64,000 nucleotides of DNA, taken from positions 64,001 through 128,000 of the forward strand of contig JAYZAY010000085.1 of NCBI GenBank assembly GCA_036339465.1, in the 5' to 3' direction. The notes below the pieces were generated by a model. It saw nothing but the letters and a program-made list of their open reading frames with translations, made no database searches and was not told where the DNA came from. This stretch comes from Myxococcota bacterium (GTDB lineage: Bacteria; Myxococcota; XYA12-FULL-58-9; JABJBS01). The stretch's first letter is position 1. Every line of letters starts with the position of its first letter. A program made the translations under genes and the position numbers. This document shows, one piece after another, positions 1 through 8,086 of the stretch.

Positions 1-1008
1 AATGAGTGGGATATCTCCGGCCAATGTTCTTATTTGCTGAAGTAAGGCTTGGTCATGCTCGATGAGCAAAAGTTCATGGTGGATAATGTCCCGTAATTCA
101 GCTGAATACTCCCTGCCAATTTGTTCCAGTGTGTTGTGAGGGATGGAAACTTGAAGTGGTTCACGGACTCGATTGATGATTGTTGCCTTAAGGGGAAAGC
201 CTCGCTCAAATAGATTTTGGACGAAATTTTGACGCGCTTTGCCTTGCTCATTACGGCTGGAACTAACCAAAACAAAGGCGGTCTTTTCGGACTTTAGAAG
301 TTTTTCTGTGGCTTGGTGGTGCTCAGAAAACCCGGCGTACAATTCGCTCAGATTTGTAAGAAAAGCCACGAGCTCCCGGATAGTCGCTCCCCCGGCCATT
401 TTACCGAATGTGTGTTGGATTAAGGTTGAGCCGATATCCAAAAGTTTCATTGACCAGAGCGACGGTGATTTGAAAATCCACTTGGCCGCACTTTGGTCAA
501 TAAATTGTACCATTCTAGCGGGAGCATCGAGAAAACTTAATGCATTTTGAGATGGTGGTGTATCAACAACGATAAAATCATAATTTCCAGAGAGATAGAG
601 CTTATAGAGTTTTTCCACTGCGGCATATTCCAGTGCGCCCGCGAGGTTTTTTGAAAATTCTTGGTAGAGCCGATTTTCAAAAATTGCTTTTCGGGTATCT
701 GCGTTTTCCGAGTGGGAAGTGATTAGCTCGTCGAAAGTATGCTTTACGTCTAAGAGCATGACTGAGAGTTGCCGCCTCCCAGCGATACCGCGTTTGGCCA
801 GCTCCTCTCGTGGAACCTCTACAATCTGGGAGGAAAGCTCTTTGAGCCCGAGGGCATGGGCCAGCCGTTTGGCTGGATCGACAGTAATTGCAAGGGTTCT
901 CGCTCCGTGTCTAGTTGCGGCGAGCGCGAGCGCGGCAGAAACGGTGGTTTTTCCTACGCCACCGGTGCCGACACATATGGCAATCTTATGATTTTCCCAC
1001 AGACTCAT
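1..1008 (-). CDS. ArsA/GET3-family ATPase, second subunit of a tandem pair (Rv3680/BagB-like); runs off the window edge
   Basis: Not in the ORF track. Translated by hand from the ATG at 1008, which overlaps the upstream stop (ATGA): MSLWENHKIAICVGTGGVGKTTVSAALALAATRHGARTLAITVDPAKRLAHALG; later VDTPP. Confidence 0.9.
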   Translation of the reverse strand, partial: MSLWENHKIAICVGTGGVGKTTVSAALALAATRHGARTLAITVDPAKRLAHALGLKELSSQIVEVPREELAKRGIAGRRQLSVMLLDVKHTFDELITSHSENADTRKAIFENRLYQEFSKNLAGALEYAAVEKLYKLYLSGNYDFIVVDTPPSQNALSFLDAPARMVQFIDQSAAKWIFKSPSLWSMKLLDIGSTLIQHTFGKMAGGATIRELVAFLTNLSELYAGFSEHHQATEKLLKSEKTAFVLVSSSRNEQGKARQNFVQNLFERGFPLKATIINRVREPLQVSIPHNTLEQIGREYSAELRDIIHHELLLIEHDQALLQQIRTLAGDIPLI

Positions 1009-1919
1009 CGATTTAGTCGCTCCAAATGTGGACCAAGTTCTTTCGAGAGGCTGAGCAATTCGGACTGTTTAATTTCTGTCGTGGGAAGTTGAGGGATGCG
1101 AAGTGCTTGGTCGAGAATGTCTGCGGGAAGTAATTCTAGAAAATGTTTGCCTGCTTGTTCTCGAGCATTCCGGGGGGCGAGTAATTTGTAGAGTGCTTGC
1201 TTGATCGTATCTTCGGCTTGTTTCCAGTTCTCGACTTGCTGAATATTGAAGGGGGCTAGGTCTTGATTGATGATCGTTGTTCCGACTCTAATTTTTAGTG
1301 TGTTTCGAAATTGTTCTTGAAGCTCGATGAGTTCTACGATTGGCATTTCTTCCGGAATCGTTACGATATTTATAAGTGTGCGTGTGGGATCTTGTAGTAA
1401 AGCCCTAATGGATTTGGCGTGTTCCTTCATGGGGCCTGGTGGCATGACCGATTCTAAGGCCATTGGAGTTCGGAGCATTGAAATCGCATGACCGGTTGAG
1501 GGAGCATCAATAATGATCCGGTCGAATTTTGGCTCGGCGTTTTCTTTTTCGGATTCATGATGCCAGATTTTTCCTAACATTACCATTTCGGTTAAGGATG
1601 GTATGAAACGAATAAGTGGCTTGACGAACCTATTTTCAAAGACGGTTCGGTAAATTGTTTCAAACCGCATTGTTAGAAGAGCGTATTCTTTAATGCTGTC
1701 TTCAAGGTTCATATCGACAACATACAGATTTTCGAGAAGCTCGCGCATATGGCCACCAACGGGTTGACTTTCAAGCATGCAACTCACTCGGTCTCCGGCG
1801 TGAATCTCTGCGAGTAGGGTGGTGCGCCCCTTCTGCGCCTCGGCCATTGCGATCGCTGTAGCCACAGTGGATTTTCCAACGCCACCCTTACCGGTAATAA
1901 TTCGAAGCCTTGGTGCCAT
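1005..1919 (-). CDS. ArsA/GET3-family ATPase, first subunit (Rv3679/BagA-like)
   Basis: TGKGGVGKS deviant Walker A, IIDAPSTGH switch II, PEEMP motif; GGAGG RBS upstream. Confidence 0.9.
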   Translation of the reverse strand: MAPRLRIITGKGGVGKSTVATAIAMAEAQKGRTTLLAEIHAGDRVSCMLESQPVGGHMRELLENLYVVDMNLEDSIKEYALLTMRFETIYRTVFENRFVKPLIRFIPSLTEMVMLGKIWHHESEKENAEPKFDRIIIDAPSTGHAISMLRTPMALESVMPPGPMKEHAKSIRALLQDPTRTLINIVTIPEEMPIVELIELQEQFRNTLKIRVGTTIINQDLAPFNIQQVENWKQAEDTIKQALYKLLAPRNAREQAGKHFLELLPADILDQALRIPQLPTTEIKQSELLSLSKELGPHLERLNR

Positions 1920-2035
1920 TACGATAAAGAAAACCTCCTATGAATCGGGCACATACCGGCGGCCAGGTTGAATGGCAAGGGATTCTAGTTCTTCTCATGG
2001 GGTGGGGCGATAAGAACCAACGACAGATTTTTTCT

Positions 2036-2064
2036 TTGACCATATCTGTTGGTGTGGGTATGTT
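2036..2064 (+). promoter_or_regulatory. sigma70-like promoter, probably giving a leaderless mRNA
   Basis: TTGACC-N17-TATGTT; the ATG at 2071 lies 6 nt after the -10 element, with no RBS. Confidence 0.55.
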
Positions 2065-2070
2065 TTCCGC

Positions 2071-2328
2071 ATGCGTTCTGACTCTTTACTGGATATTATG
2101 AGAGACCTAGTTACCACTAAAGCTAAGACTGTAAGTAAGCAGGATTTGGCGGCGCTGGAGCAAAGAGTTGAGCGGTTGGATGAGCTTTTGATGAAGCTTG
2201 AAGAGAGCGTGAAAGGGTTCTCTGATGAAGATTTAGAGCCAAATACGCTGAACGAGTCAGTCCTGAATGAGTCAGTCCTGAAAGACCTGAAATCTGAACA
2301 AGTCAGTCCTGAAAGACCTGAAATCTGA
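2071..2328 (+). CDS. small coiled-coil protein, phasin/UbiK-like; C-terminus encoded by the tandem repeat
   Basis: SKQDLAALEQRVERLDELL heptad motif; promoter directly upstream. Confidence 0.6.
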   Translation: MRSDSLLDIMRDLVTTKAKTVSKQDLAALEQRVERLDELLMKLEESVKGFSDEDLEPNTLNESVLNESVLKDLKSEQVSPERPEI

Positions 2329-2524
2329 ACAAGTCAGTCCTGAAAGACCAGAAATCTGAACGAGTCAGTCCTGAAAGACCAGAAATCTGAACGAGTCAGT
2401 CCTGAAAGACCAGAAATCTGAACAAGTCAGTCCTGAATGAGTCAGTCCTGAAAGACCAGAAATCTGAACAAGTCAGTCCTGAATGAGTCAGTCCTGAAAG
2501 ACCAGAAATCTGAACGAGTCAGTC
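2248..2524. repeat. composite tandem repeat: 11 x 15-bp unit A (CTGAAYRAGTCAGTC) and 7 x 16-bp unit B (CTGAAAGACCWGAAAT)
   Basis: Parsed directly as A A B A B A B A B A B A A B A A B A, 277 bp in total, with no unique spacers. Confidence 0.95.
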
Positions 2525-2536
2525 CTCAGTAACGCC

Positions 2537-3193
2537 CTAGAGACGTCGAAAGACCCCCACGACTTCGCCGATGATTTGAACTTGCCGAAAATCTGACTGG
2601 TGTATAAAGATTGGTGACATGGCGGCATTGGCCGGCTGTAGACGGATACGCTCCCCTTCGGGGTAAAACCGTTTCACTGTTGCTTCATTTTCTATCATAA
2701 CAACGACAATATCTCCGGCACTGGCGTGAGAGCGTTTTTTTACGAAAATAAAGTCGTTGTTGAAAATTCCATCTTCAATCATTGAATCACCGACCACTTT
2801 GAGAGCGAATACCTTCTTAGAGGTTCCGAGGAGCACGCTGTCGACAACGAGATTTCCCTCGGCATACTCTTCCGCAAGAATCGGTTCCCCTGCGGCAACT
2901 CTCCCCAAGATGGGGACGCTAACGAAATTGTCGGTAGCCCCAAGTGCCATTGTGACAACGTTGCTGTTGTCTGTTTGAGTTGGAATCAGGGTTCGGGATT
3001 TTGCGCCGTCTTGTCGTAGATACCCCTTCTTTTTAAGCGCCTTTAAATGGTCAGCTACGCCGTTGGTCGATTTAATTCCTAGGTGTTTTCCTATTTCCCG
3101 GATGGTAGGGGGGTAACCCCACTCTTGGATTTTTTCCTGGATAAAGCGAAAGACTTCTTGTTGCCTGGGTGTTAATTCAGGTAGTTGCCCCAT
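2537..3193 (-). CDS. lexA: SOS repressor LexA
   Basis: LTPRQQEV...GYPPTIREIG winged helix; VAAGEP cleavage site; GDSM catalytic Ser and TVKR catalytic Lys. Start set at MGQLP (3193). Confidence 0.97.
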   Translation of the reverse strand: MGQLPELTPRQQEVFRFIQEKIQEWGYPPTIREIGKHLGIKSTNGVADHLKALKKKGYLRQDGAKSRTLIPTQTDNSNVVTMALGATDNFVSVPILGRVAAGEPILAEEYAEGNLVVDSVLLGTSKKVFALKVVGDSMIEDGIFNNDFIFVKKRSHASAGDIVVVMIENEATVKRFYPEGERIRLQPANAAMSPIFIHQSDFRQVQIIGEVVGVFRRL

Positions 3194-3204
3194 TTTGCGC
3201 GCCC

Positions 3205-3253
3205 CTAAACATTTGTCCATGTGAATAGATGTATAGCTGAACGCATTATCAGG
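3205..3253. promoter_or_regulatory. putative tandem Myxococcus-type LexA operators
   Basis: CTAAACATTTGTCCATG (3205-3221), CTATACATCTATTCACA (minus strand, 3220-3236) and CTGAACGCATTATCAGG (3237-3253). Each is 2-3 mismatches from the M. xanthus consensus CTRHAMRYBYGTTCAGS as I recall it. Confidence 0.6.
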
Positions 3254-3272
3254 AGTCAAATTTATGGTAGAC

Positions 3273-3947
3273 TTAAGAACAAGTTAGATGGTCAGTATAA
3301 CCAGTGCCACGTAGGAAGGCTCGTAGCCTCTTTCGAAGTTTCGCTTCGGCGGTCCGGATTTTCATACGTGAAGACTTAAGTTTTGCAGCAGCCTCTTCTT
3401 GAGAAACATTTTCCACGAATCTTAAGACGAGTAAGCTTCGTTCATCATCGGCGAGTTCCTTCATGAATTCGGCAATTAAAACCTTCAGTTGGCTTTGCTC
3501 TAGAACCGTATCCTGGCTTCTCGTAGCTGAACTATAGAGAACGCCCGAATATGTCTCAGAAACGGCGTTGTCCATGGCGGTAATATGGCTGCGGGTGTCA
3601 TCCCCCGAGATGTAGCTGGAGAAAACGACTTCCCGATTGCGGAAGCCATTGATGACCATATTTCGAGCAATGGCTAATATCCAATTCGAGAATGAATTAA
3701 TCCCGTTGTAGGCATTTCGGGCCCTCACCTCGAATGCTCTTCTAAACGCTTCCTGCACGGCGTTTCGAAGCTCATCGTCACTCGGGATTCCCTTGAAATA
3801 GCATTGGTTGCCCGCACTTCTAAACGTGAAACCAGATCTGAGGAACCGCGTAACGCCGGGACTGTAGTGTCGATACACAGTGTCCATCGCATCTGTTTCT
3901 CCCGCCTGGAACCGCGCGAGTAAATCTTTATCTTTTGCTAAGAACAT
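3273..3947 (-). CDS. ECF-type RNA polymerase sigma factor
   Basis: Region 2 (AVQEAF..., FSNWILAIARN) and region 4 HTH (LRFVENVSQEEAAAKL...IRTAEAKLRKRL). Confidence 0.85.
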   Translation of the reverse strand: MFLAKDKDLLARFQAGETDAMDTVYRHYSPGVTRFLRSGFTFRSAGNQCYFKGIPSDDELRNAVQEAFRRAFEVRARNAYNGINSFSNWILAIARNMVINGFRNREVVFSSYISGDDTRSHITAMDNAVSETYSGVLYSSATRSQDTVLEQSQLKVLIAEFMKELADDERSLLVLRFVENVSQEEAAAKLKSSRMKIRTAEAKLRKRLRAFLRGTGYTDHLTCS

Positions 3948-4381
3948 GGCTCGAAATCATTGTCATGGGTGAGTGCTGATAAGTTGGGATAGCATTGATT
4001 CTTGTTGGCGGCAAACTTCGAACCAGCTTAATTCACTATTGGAGGAGATGTCGGCTCATTTTGGTAGTCCGATTGCTTTGGCAAAGGGGATAGCGAAGTT
4101 GGTAGGTTGAAATTTCCGTTTGTCCATCGGAGCAATACCCCCCAACACCCTTCTTTTGCGACTCTAAATTATGCGGCGTTTGAGGCGTTGGTAGGAGGAC
4201 GTGGTTAGAAAGAGTCAGATGCTCGAAATAACAAGAAGTACATAAGAGCGCATGACTAGAATATGTGTTTTTTTAGAGGGCAAGAGCAAGTTTGACGGGT
4301 TTTCTACCTACAACCCGACGAATATGCTTGCCTTTCACCGGGCTTTTCCGAGATAAACTCGGCTCGGGGAATGAAGAGAAT

Positions 4382-5068
4382 ATGGAGAAAATAAGAGTCG
4401 CCATTGCGGATGACCATGCAATCTTAAGGGCAGGTATTAAGAGCCTCTTGCATGCACAAGACGATATGGAATTGGTCGGTGAGGCTACCGACGGGTTGGA
4501 GGTTGTCAAAATTGCTGGAGATACCCAGCCAGATGTCGTTGTTTTGGACCTCACAATGCCTCGGTGCACGGGTATGGAAGCGATAATTGAAGTACGTACG
4601 GTTTCACCGAATTCTCGAATTCTGGTTCTAACGATGCACGATGATCATGCTTATCTGCGTTCGGTGTTGGCTAAAGGCGGTGCGGGTTATTTGGTTAAGC
4701 GTGCGGCGGATACAGAGCTTTTGGCAGCGATTCGGGCGATTTTTCAGGGCCGTTCCTATATTGATGTGGGCTTGGACAACAATCAGTTAAAATCTGTTTT
4801 TGATGAGAATCAAGAGCAACCGCGCTCTCCTGCGATTAGATCCTTTGAAGCGTTGAGTGACCGAGAAAGACAGGTTCTGGAATTGGTTGCCCTTGGTTAT
4901 ACGCACAAAGAGGTGGGGGAAACCTTATCGGTGAGCGTAAAAACGGTGGAAACCTATCGGTCTCGTTTGTCGGAGAAATTGGGCTTACGTAGTCGGGCGG
5001 AATTGGTCCGTTTTGCATTGGAGCTCGGACTTTTAGACAGTACCAAGCTAAGTCCCATCGGGAAATAA
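4382..5068 (+). CDS. NarL/FixJ-family response regulator (REC + LuxR HTH)
   Basis: IADDHAILRAG, VLDLTMP (phospho-Asp), LSDRERQVL...SVKTVETYRSRL. Confidence 0.95.
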   Translation: MEKIRVAIADDHAILRAGIKSLLHAQDDMELVGEATDGLEVVKIAGDTQPDVVVLDLTMPRCTGMEAIIEVRTVSPNSRILVLTMHDDHAYLRSVLAKGGAGYLVKRAADTELLAAIRAIFQGRSYIDVGLDNNQLKSVFDENQEQPRSPAIRSFEALSDRERQVLELVALGYTHKEVGETLSVSVKTVETYRSRLSEKLGLRSRAELVRFALELGLLDSTKLSPIGK

Positions 5069-5174
5069 CCTGGTCCATTGTGGTGGTTTTCCTAAGTCAT
5101 TTGAAGTCTTTTTCAGCAGTTTCCCTGATACCCAAACTTGCTTTGTTTGGTTATCGTCCATGTATTCGGTGCCC

Positions 5175-5360
5175 AAGGGGGAGCGATTTGCTTCGTGGGT
5201 TGATTGGTGCGCTGGATAGCCTGACTAAGACGTTTGTTCTCTGGGGAGGGAACAAACAGGCAATAGAGCTAATCCTCTAGGTTTCTTCAGTCGGGCTACG
5301 GGCAAGCAGGAGGCTTGGGGGAGCCTCTCTGCGCTGCTTGTCGTCAGTCTTGCGCTCTCG
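5175..5360 (+). ncRNA. candidate structured non-coding RNA, unassigned
   Basis: Nested helices 5217-5230/5284-5298, 5232-5242/5247-5257, 5264-5268/5275-5279, 5301-5309/5334-5342 and 5310-5316/5321-5327. The non-Watson-Crick pairs are G-U on the + strand. Confidence 0.5.
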
Positions 5361-5384
5361 CCCGAGCATTCCTATACAGCACCC

Positions 5385-6023
5385 ATGAAAGAATTATGTG
5401 ATCGTGAATCAGGATGGCTTCGTGTGTGTAATGTTGCCGTGGCGGTAGCTCAAGGTGAACTTGGAATTCTTAAGAAAACTCTTGAGGAGTCTCCAATGGA
5501 GGAAGCAGAAACACTCCAGGAAATTATTCTCCAGTGCCACCTCTTTTGCGGGTACCCACGGTCAATCAATGGAATGAAAATTTTTGGCGAGGTATTTTCG
5601 GTTTCGGGTCTCGGCGAGTCCTCTCCAAGTCAGTGGCGTGAAGAGGGCGAAGCTCTATGCGAGGAAATCTATGGACGAGCCTATGAGAAACTCCTCCAGA
5701 AAATAGAGGATCTCCATCCAGCCCTCAAGAATTGGATGTTGGAGACAGGATATGGGCGGGTTTTATCGAGAAAAGGGGCCTCTATACAGGAAAGGGAGTT
5801 GGGGGTTGTGGCGGTGCTTATTGGCCAAAGGGTAGGACCACAACTTAGTAGCCATTTAAGAGGGGCGCTACGGGTTGGGATTCCAGAGGACTTTTTGGCG
5901 AGCCTATTGGCGGGCTCGAAGGGTTGGTGGGGCGAAACGTGCCAAAGAGAAGCGCTTGAAACATGGGAGAGGGTCCTGAATGCTTGGCGGCAAGCCGATA
6001 CTGCGATCAATACTTCTTGTTGA
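5385..6023 (+). CDS. carboxymuconolactone decarboxylase (CMD/AhpD-like) family protein
   Basis: FCGYPRSING, ETGYGRVLSR, ERELGVVAVL, QLSSHLRGALRVG motifs. Confidence 0.8.
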   Translation: MKELCDRESGWLRVCNVAVAVAQGELGILKKTLEESPMEEAETLQEIILQCHLFCGYPRSINGMKIFGEVFSVSGLGESSPSQWREEGEALCEEIYGRAYEKLLQKIEDLHPALKNWMLETGYGRVLSRKGASIQERELGVVAVLIGQRVGPQLSSHLRGALRVGIPEDFLASLLAGSKGWWGETCQREALETWERVLNAWRQADTAINTSC

Positions 6024-6198
6024 AGTGCACTCTGAGACACTTTGTTGCGACTCCACCGGCTTGTACACGAATCCTTACTGCTTTTAGACATTTCGGGCAT
6101 TTAGCGACATAATGGGTGTCGTCATCCCGTCGGTATACCCGAGTATAGACGCTGCAGCATTCGAATTGAATACCGAGCCATTTACGTTCCTTGCCCAT
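6007..6198 (-). CDS. small putative zinc-binding hypothetical protein
   Basis: 63 aa with FECC...CPKC Cys pattern; co-oriented downstream of typA. Confidence 0.7.
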   Translation of the reverse strand: MGKERKWLGIQFECCSVYTRVYRRDDDTHYVAKCPKCLKAVRIRVQAGGVATKCLRVHFNKKY

Positions 6199-6265
6199 GA
6201 TCTTACGGAAATAGTAGCAGTTTTAGGTGATGGGTGGGAGTCGTTGTTAGAGCTGAACCTAATGC

Positions 6266-8086
6266 TTAAGCCTTTTCGCTCTTAAGTACGGGGCGTAGAT
6301 TAGCAGGGAGGATTCGTTTTCTAATTCGAATCGCTTCAGGGGTTATTTCTAGAACCTCATCATCTCTGATCCATTCGAGACATTGTTCTAGGCTCATTTC
6401 TCTAGGTGGCGATACGACTGATGCATCGTCTTTACCTGATGCACGAACATTGGTGAGTTTTTTCTCACGTACACAATTTACGTTGAGGTCATTGTCGCGA
6501 TTGTGCTCACCGATAATCATGCCCTCGTATACCAGGGTAGCCACAGGGCAAAACATGGTGCCGCGGGGTTGTAAATTATGGAGCGCATATGGGGTTGTGG
6601 TGCCATTCCGATCCGCGACCAGTGCACCGGGTTTCCGTTGTGGAATAGGGCCACACCAAGGGATCCATTTTTCAAAGACGTGAGACATAATGATAGTTCC
6701 GCGGGTAGCGGTCAGGAGAGTGCCACGAAGTCCGAATAGGCCACGGGTTGGAATGAGATATTCTAGCCGACTTCTTGAGCCTTCTAGTTTTTGGTCGCTC
6801 ATTTGAGCTTTTCGAGGGCCCAGTAACTCGTTGAGGATTCCTACATATTCATTGGGCACGTCCACATGTAACCGCTCCATGGGTTCATTTTGTTCGCCAT
6901 CGATTTCTTGGGTTACAACCTCGGGGTTGCAGACACAGAACTCAAATAATTCTCGTCGCAGTGTTTCTATGAGCACAGATAGTTGTAATTCACCACGTCC
7001 CATGACTCTGAATGAATCCGCTGTATCCGTATCCTGTATTTTGATACTGACATTTCCCAATTGTTCTCGGTAAAGTCGGTCGCGGAGGTGTCGACTGGTG
7101 ACATATTTTCCGCCGCTTCGTCCGGCTAAGGGACCATCATTGACGCGAAGTACCACGGCCACGGTTGGCTCATCTACCTTGATCCCTGGTAACGCCTCCT
7201 GATTTTCGTTTACGCAGATAGTGTCTCCGATCAATCCAGGCTGGATGCCAGATATCGCAACGATTTGACCGGAGTGCGCCTCATCGATGGGGATTCGCTG
7301 GGGGCCGAGAAAGGTAAAGATCCCCGTGATCCGCTGATTGCTTTGTTTCTCTGCCTGCTTGAGAACAATGGTTTGGTTTGGCTTAATACTTCCACTGATG
7401 ATCCGTCCAATAGCCAGTTTGCCGAGATAATCATCGTAACCAAGTTGGTTGATCTGCATTTGAAATGGGGTGTCGGGATCCACTGGAGTTGAGGGCATGG
7501 TTTCAACCAGGGTTTCAACTAAGGGTATAAGATCTGTACCGGGAACATCAATATTGTGAGTTGCGGTGCCGGCACGCCCATTTGTATAAATGACCGGGAA
7601 TTCAATTTGAGATTCATTGGCACCGAGATCGATGAAGAGGTCGTAGCATTCGTCCAACACTTCTGGGGCTCGAGCGTCACTTCTATCAATTTTATTGATT
7701 GCGACGACTGCAGGTAGACCGAGCTCCATGGCTTTTCTTAAAACAAAGCGTGTCTGGGGCATCGGTCCTTCCGCAGCGTCTACTAAGAGCAGCACGCCAT
7801 TGACCATTCTCAGGGTTCGCTCTACTTCGCCTCCAAAGTCAGCGTGTCCGGGGGTGTCCACCAGCTGCAAAAGTGTTTGTTTATACTGGACCGAAGTACA
7901 TTTTGCGAGAATGGTAATGCCGCGTTCTCTTTCTTGATCCATGGAGTCCATGGCGCGTTCTTGTGTCTCTTGCTTAGAGTGGTAGACGCCTAATTGATTG
8001 AATAGACCGTCGACTAGCGTTGTTTTTCCGTGATCGACGTGCGCAATAATAGCGATTGTCCTAATGTCAGTTACTGCTTGGCTCAT
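6266..8086 (-). CDS. typA: translational GTPase TypA/BipA
   Basis: [39 protein letters not shown], and C-terminal [11 protein letters not shown]. The start could instead be 8098. Confidence 0.97.
   Translation of the reverse strand: MSQAVTDIRTIAIIAHVDHGKTTLVDGLFNQLGVYHSKQETQERAMDSMDQERERGITILAKCTSVQYKQTLLQLVDTPGHADFGGEVERTLRMVNGVLLLVDAAEGPMPQTRFVLRKAMELGLPAVVAINKIDRSDARAPEVLDECYDLFIDLGANESQIEFPVIYTNGRAGTATHNIDVPGTDLIPLVETLVETMPSTPVDPDTPFQMQINQLGYDDYLGKLAIGRIISGSIKPNQTIVLKQAEKQSNQRITGIFTFLGPQRIPIDEAHSGQIVAISGIQPGLIGDTICVNENQEALPGIKVDEPTVAVVLRVNDGPLAGRSGGKYVTSRHLRDRLYREQLGNVSIKIQDTDTADSFRVMGRGELQLSVLIETLRRELFEFCVCNPEVVTQEIDGEQNEPMERLHVDVPNEYVGILNELLGPRKAQMSDQKLEGSRSRLEYLIPTRGLFGLRGTLLTATRGTIIMSHVFEKWIPWCGPIPQRKPGALVADRNGTTTPYALHNLQPRGTMFCPVATLVYEGMIIGEHNRDNDLNVNCVREKKLTNVRASGKDDASVVSPPREMSLEQCLEWIRDDEVLEITPEAIRIRKRILPANLRPVLKSEKA

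Noticed and set aside
1..1919. Arsenic-resistance operon
   Set aside because: No arsR/B/C/D in the window; the motifs match the BagAB/GET3-like clade.
2248..2524. CRISPR array
   Set aside because: No unique spacers; the units abut directly; no cas genes in the window.
3953..3979. CIRCE element (GAGTGCTGA half-site)
   Set aside because: The matching TTAGCACTC half is absent at the 9-bp spacing.
4048..4110. 20-aa amphipathic peptide ORF MSAHFGSPIALAKGIAKLVG after GGAGG
   Set aside because: The RBS is only 2 nt from the ATG, and an ORF this short is expected by chance.
5080..5280. 66-aa ORF in the regulator-CMD gap
   Set aside because: No RBS or motif; the region is better explained by RNA structure.
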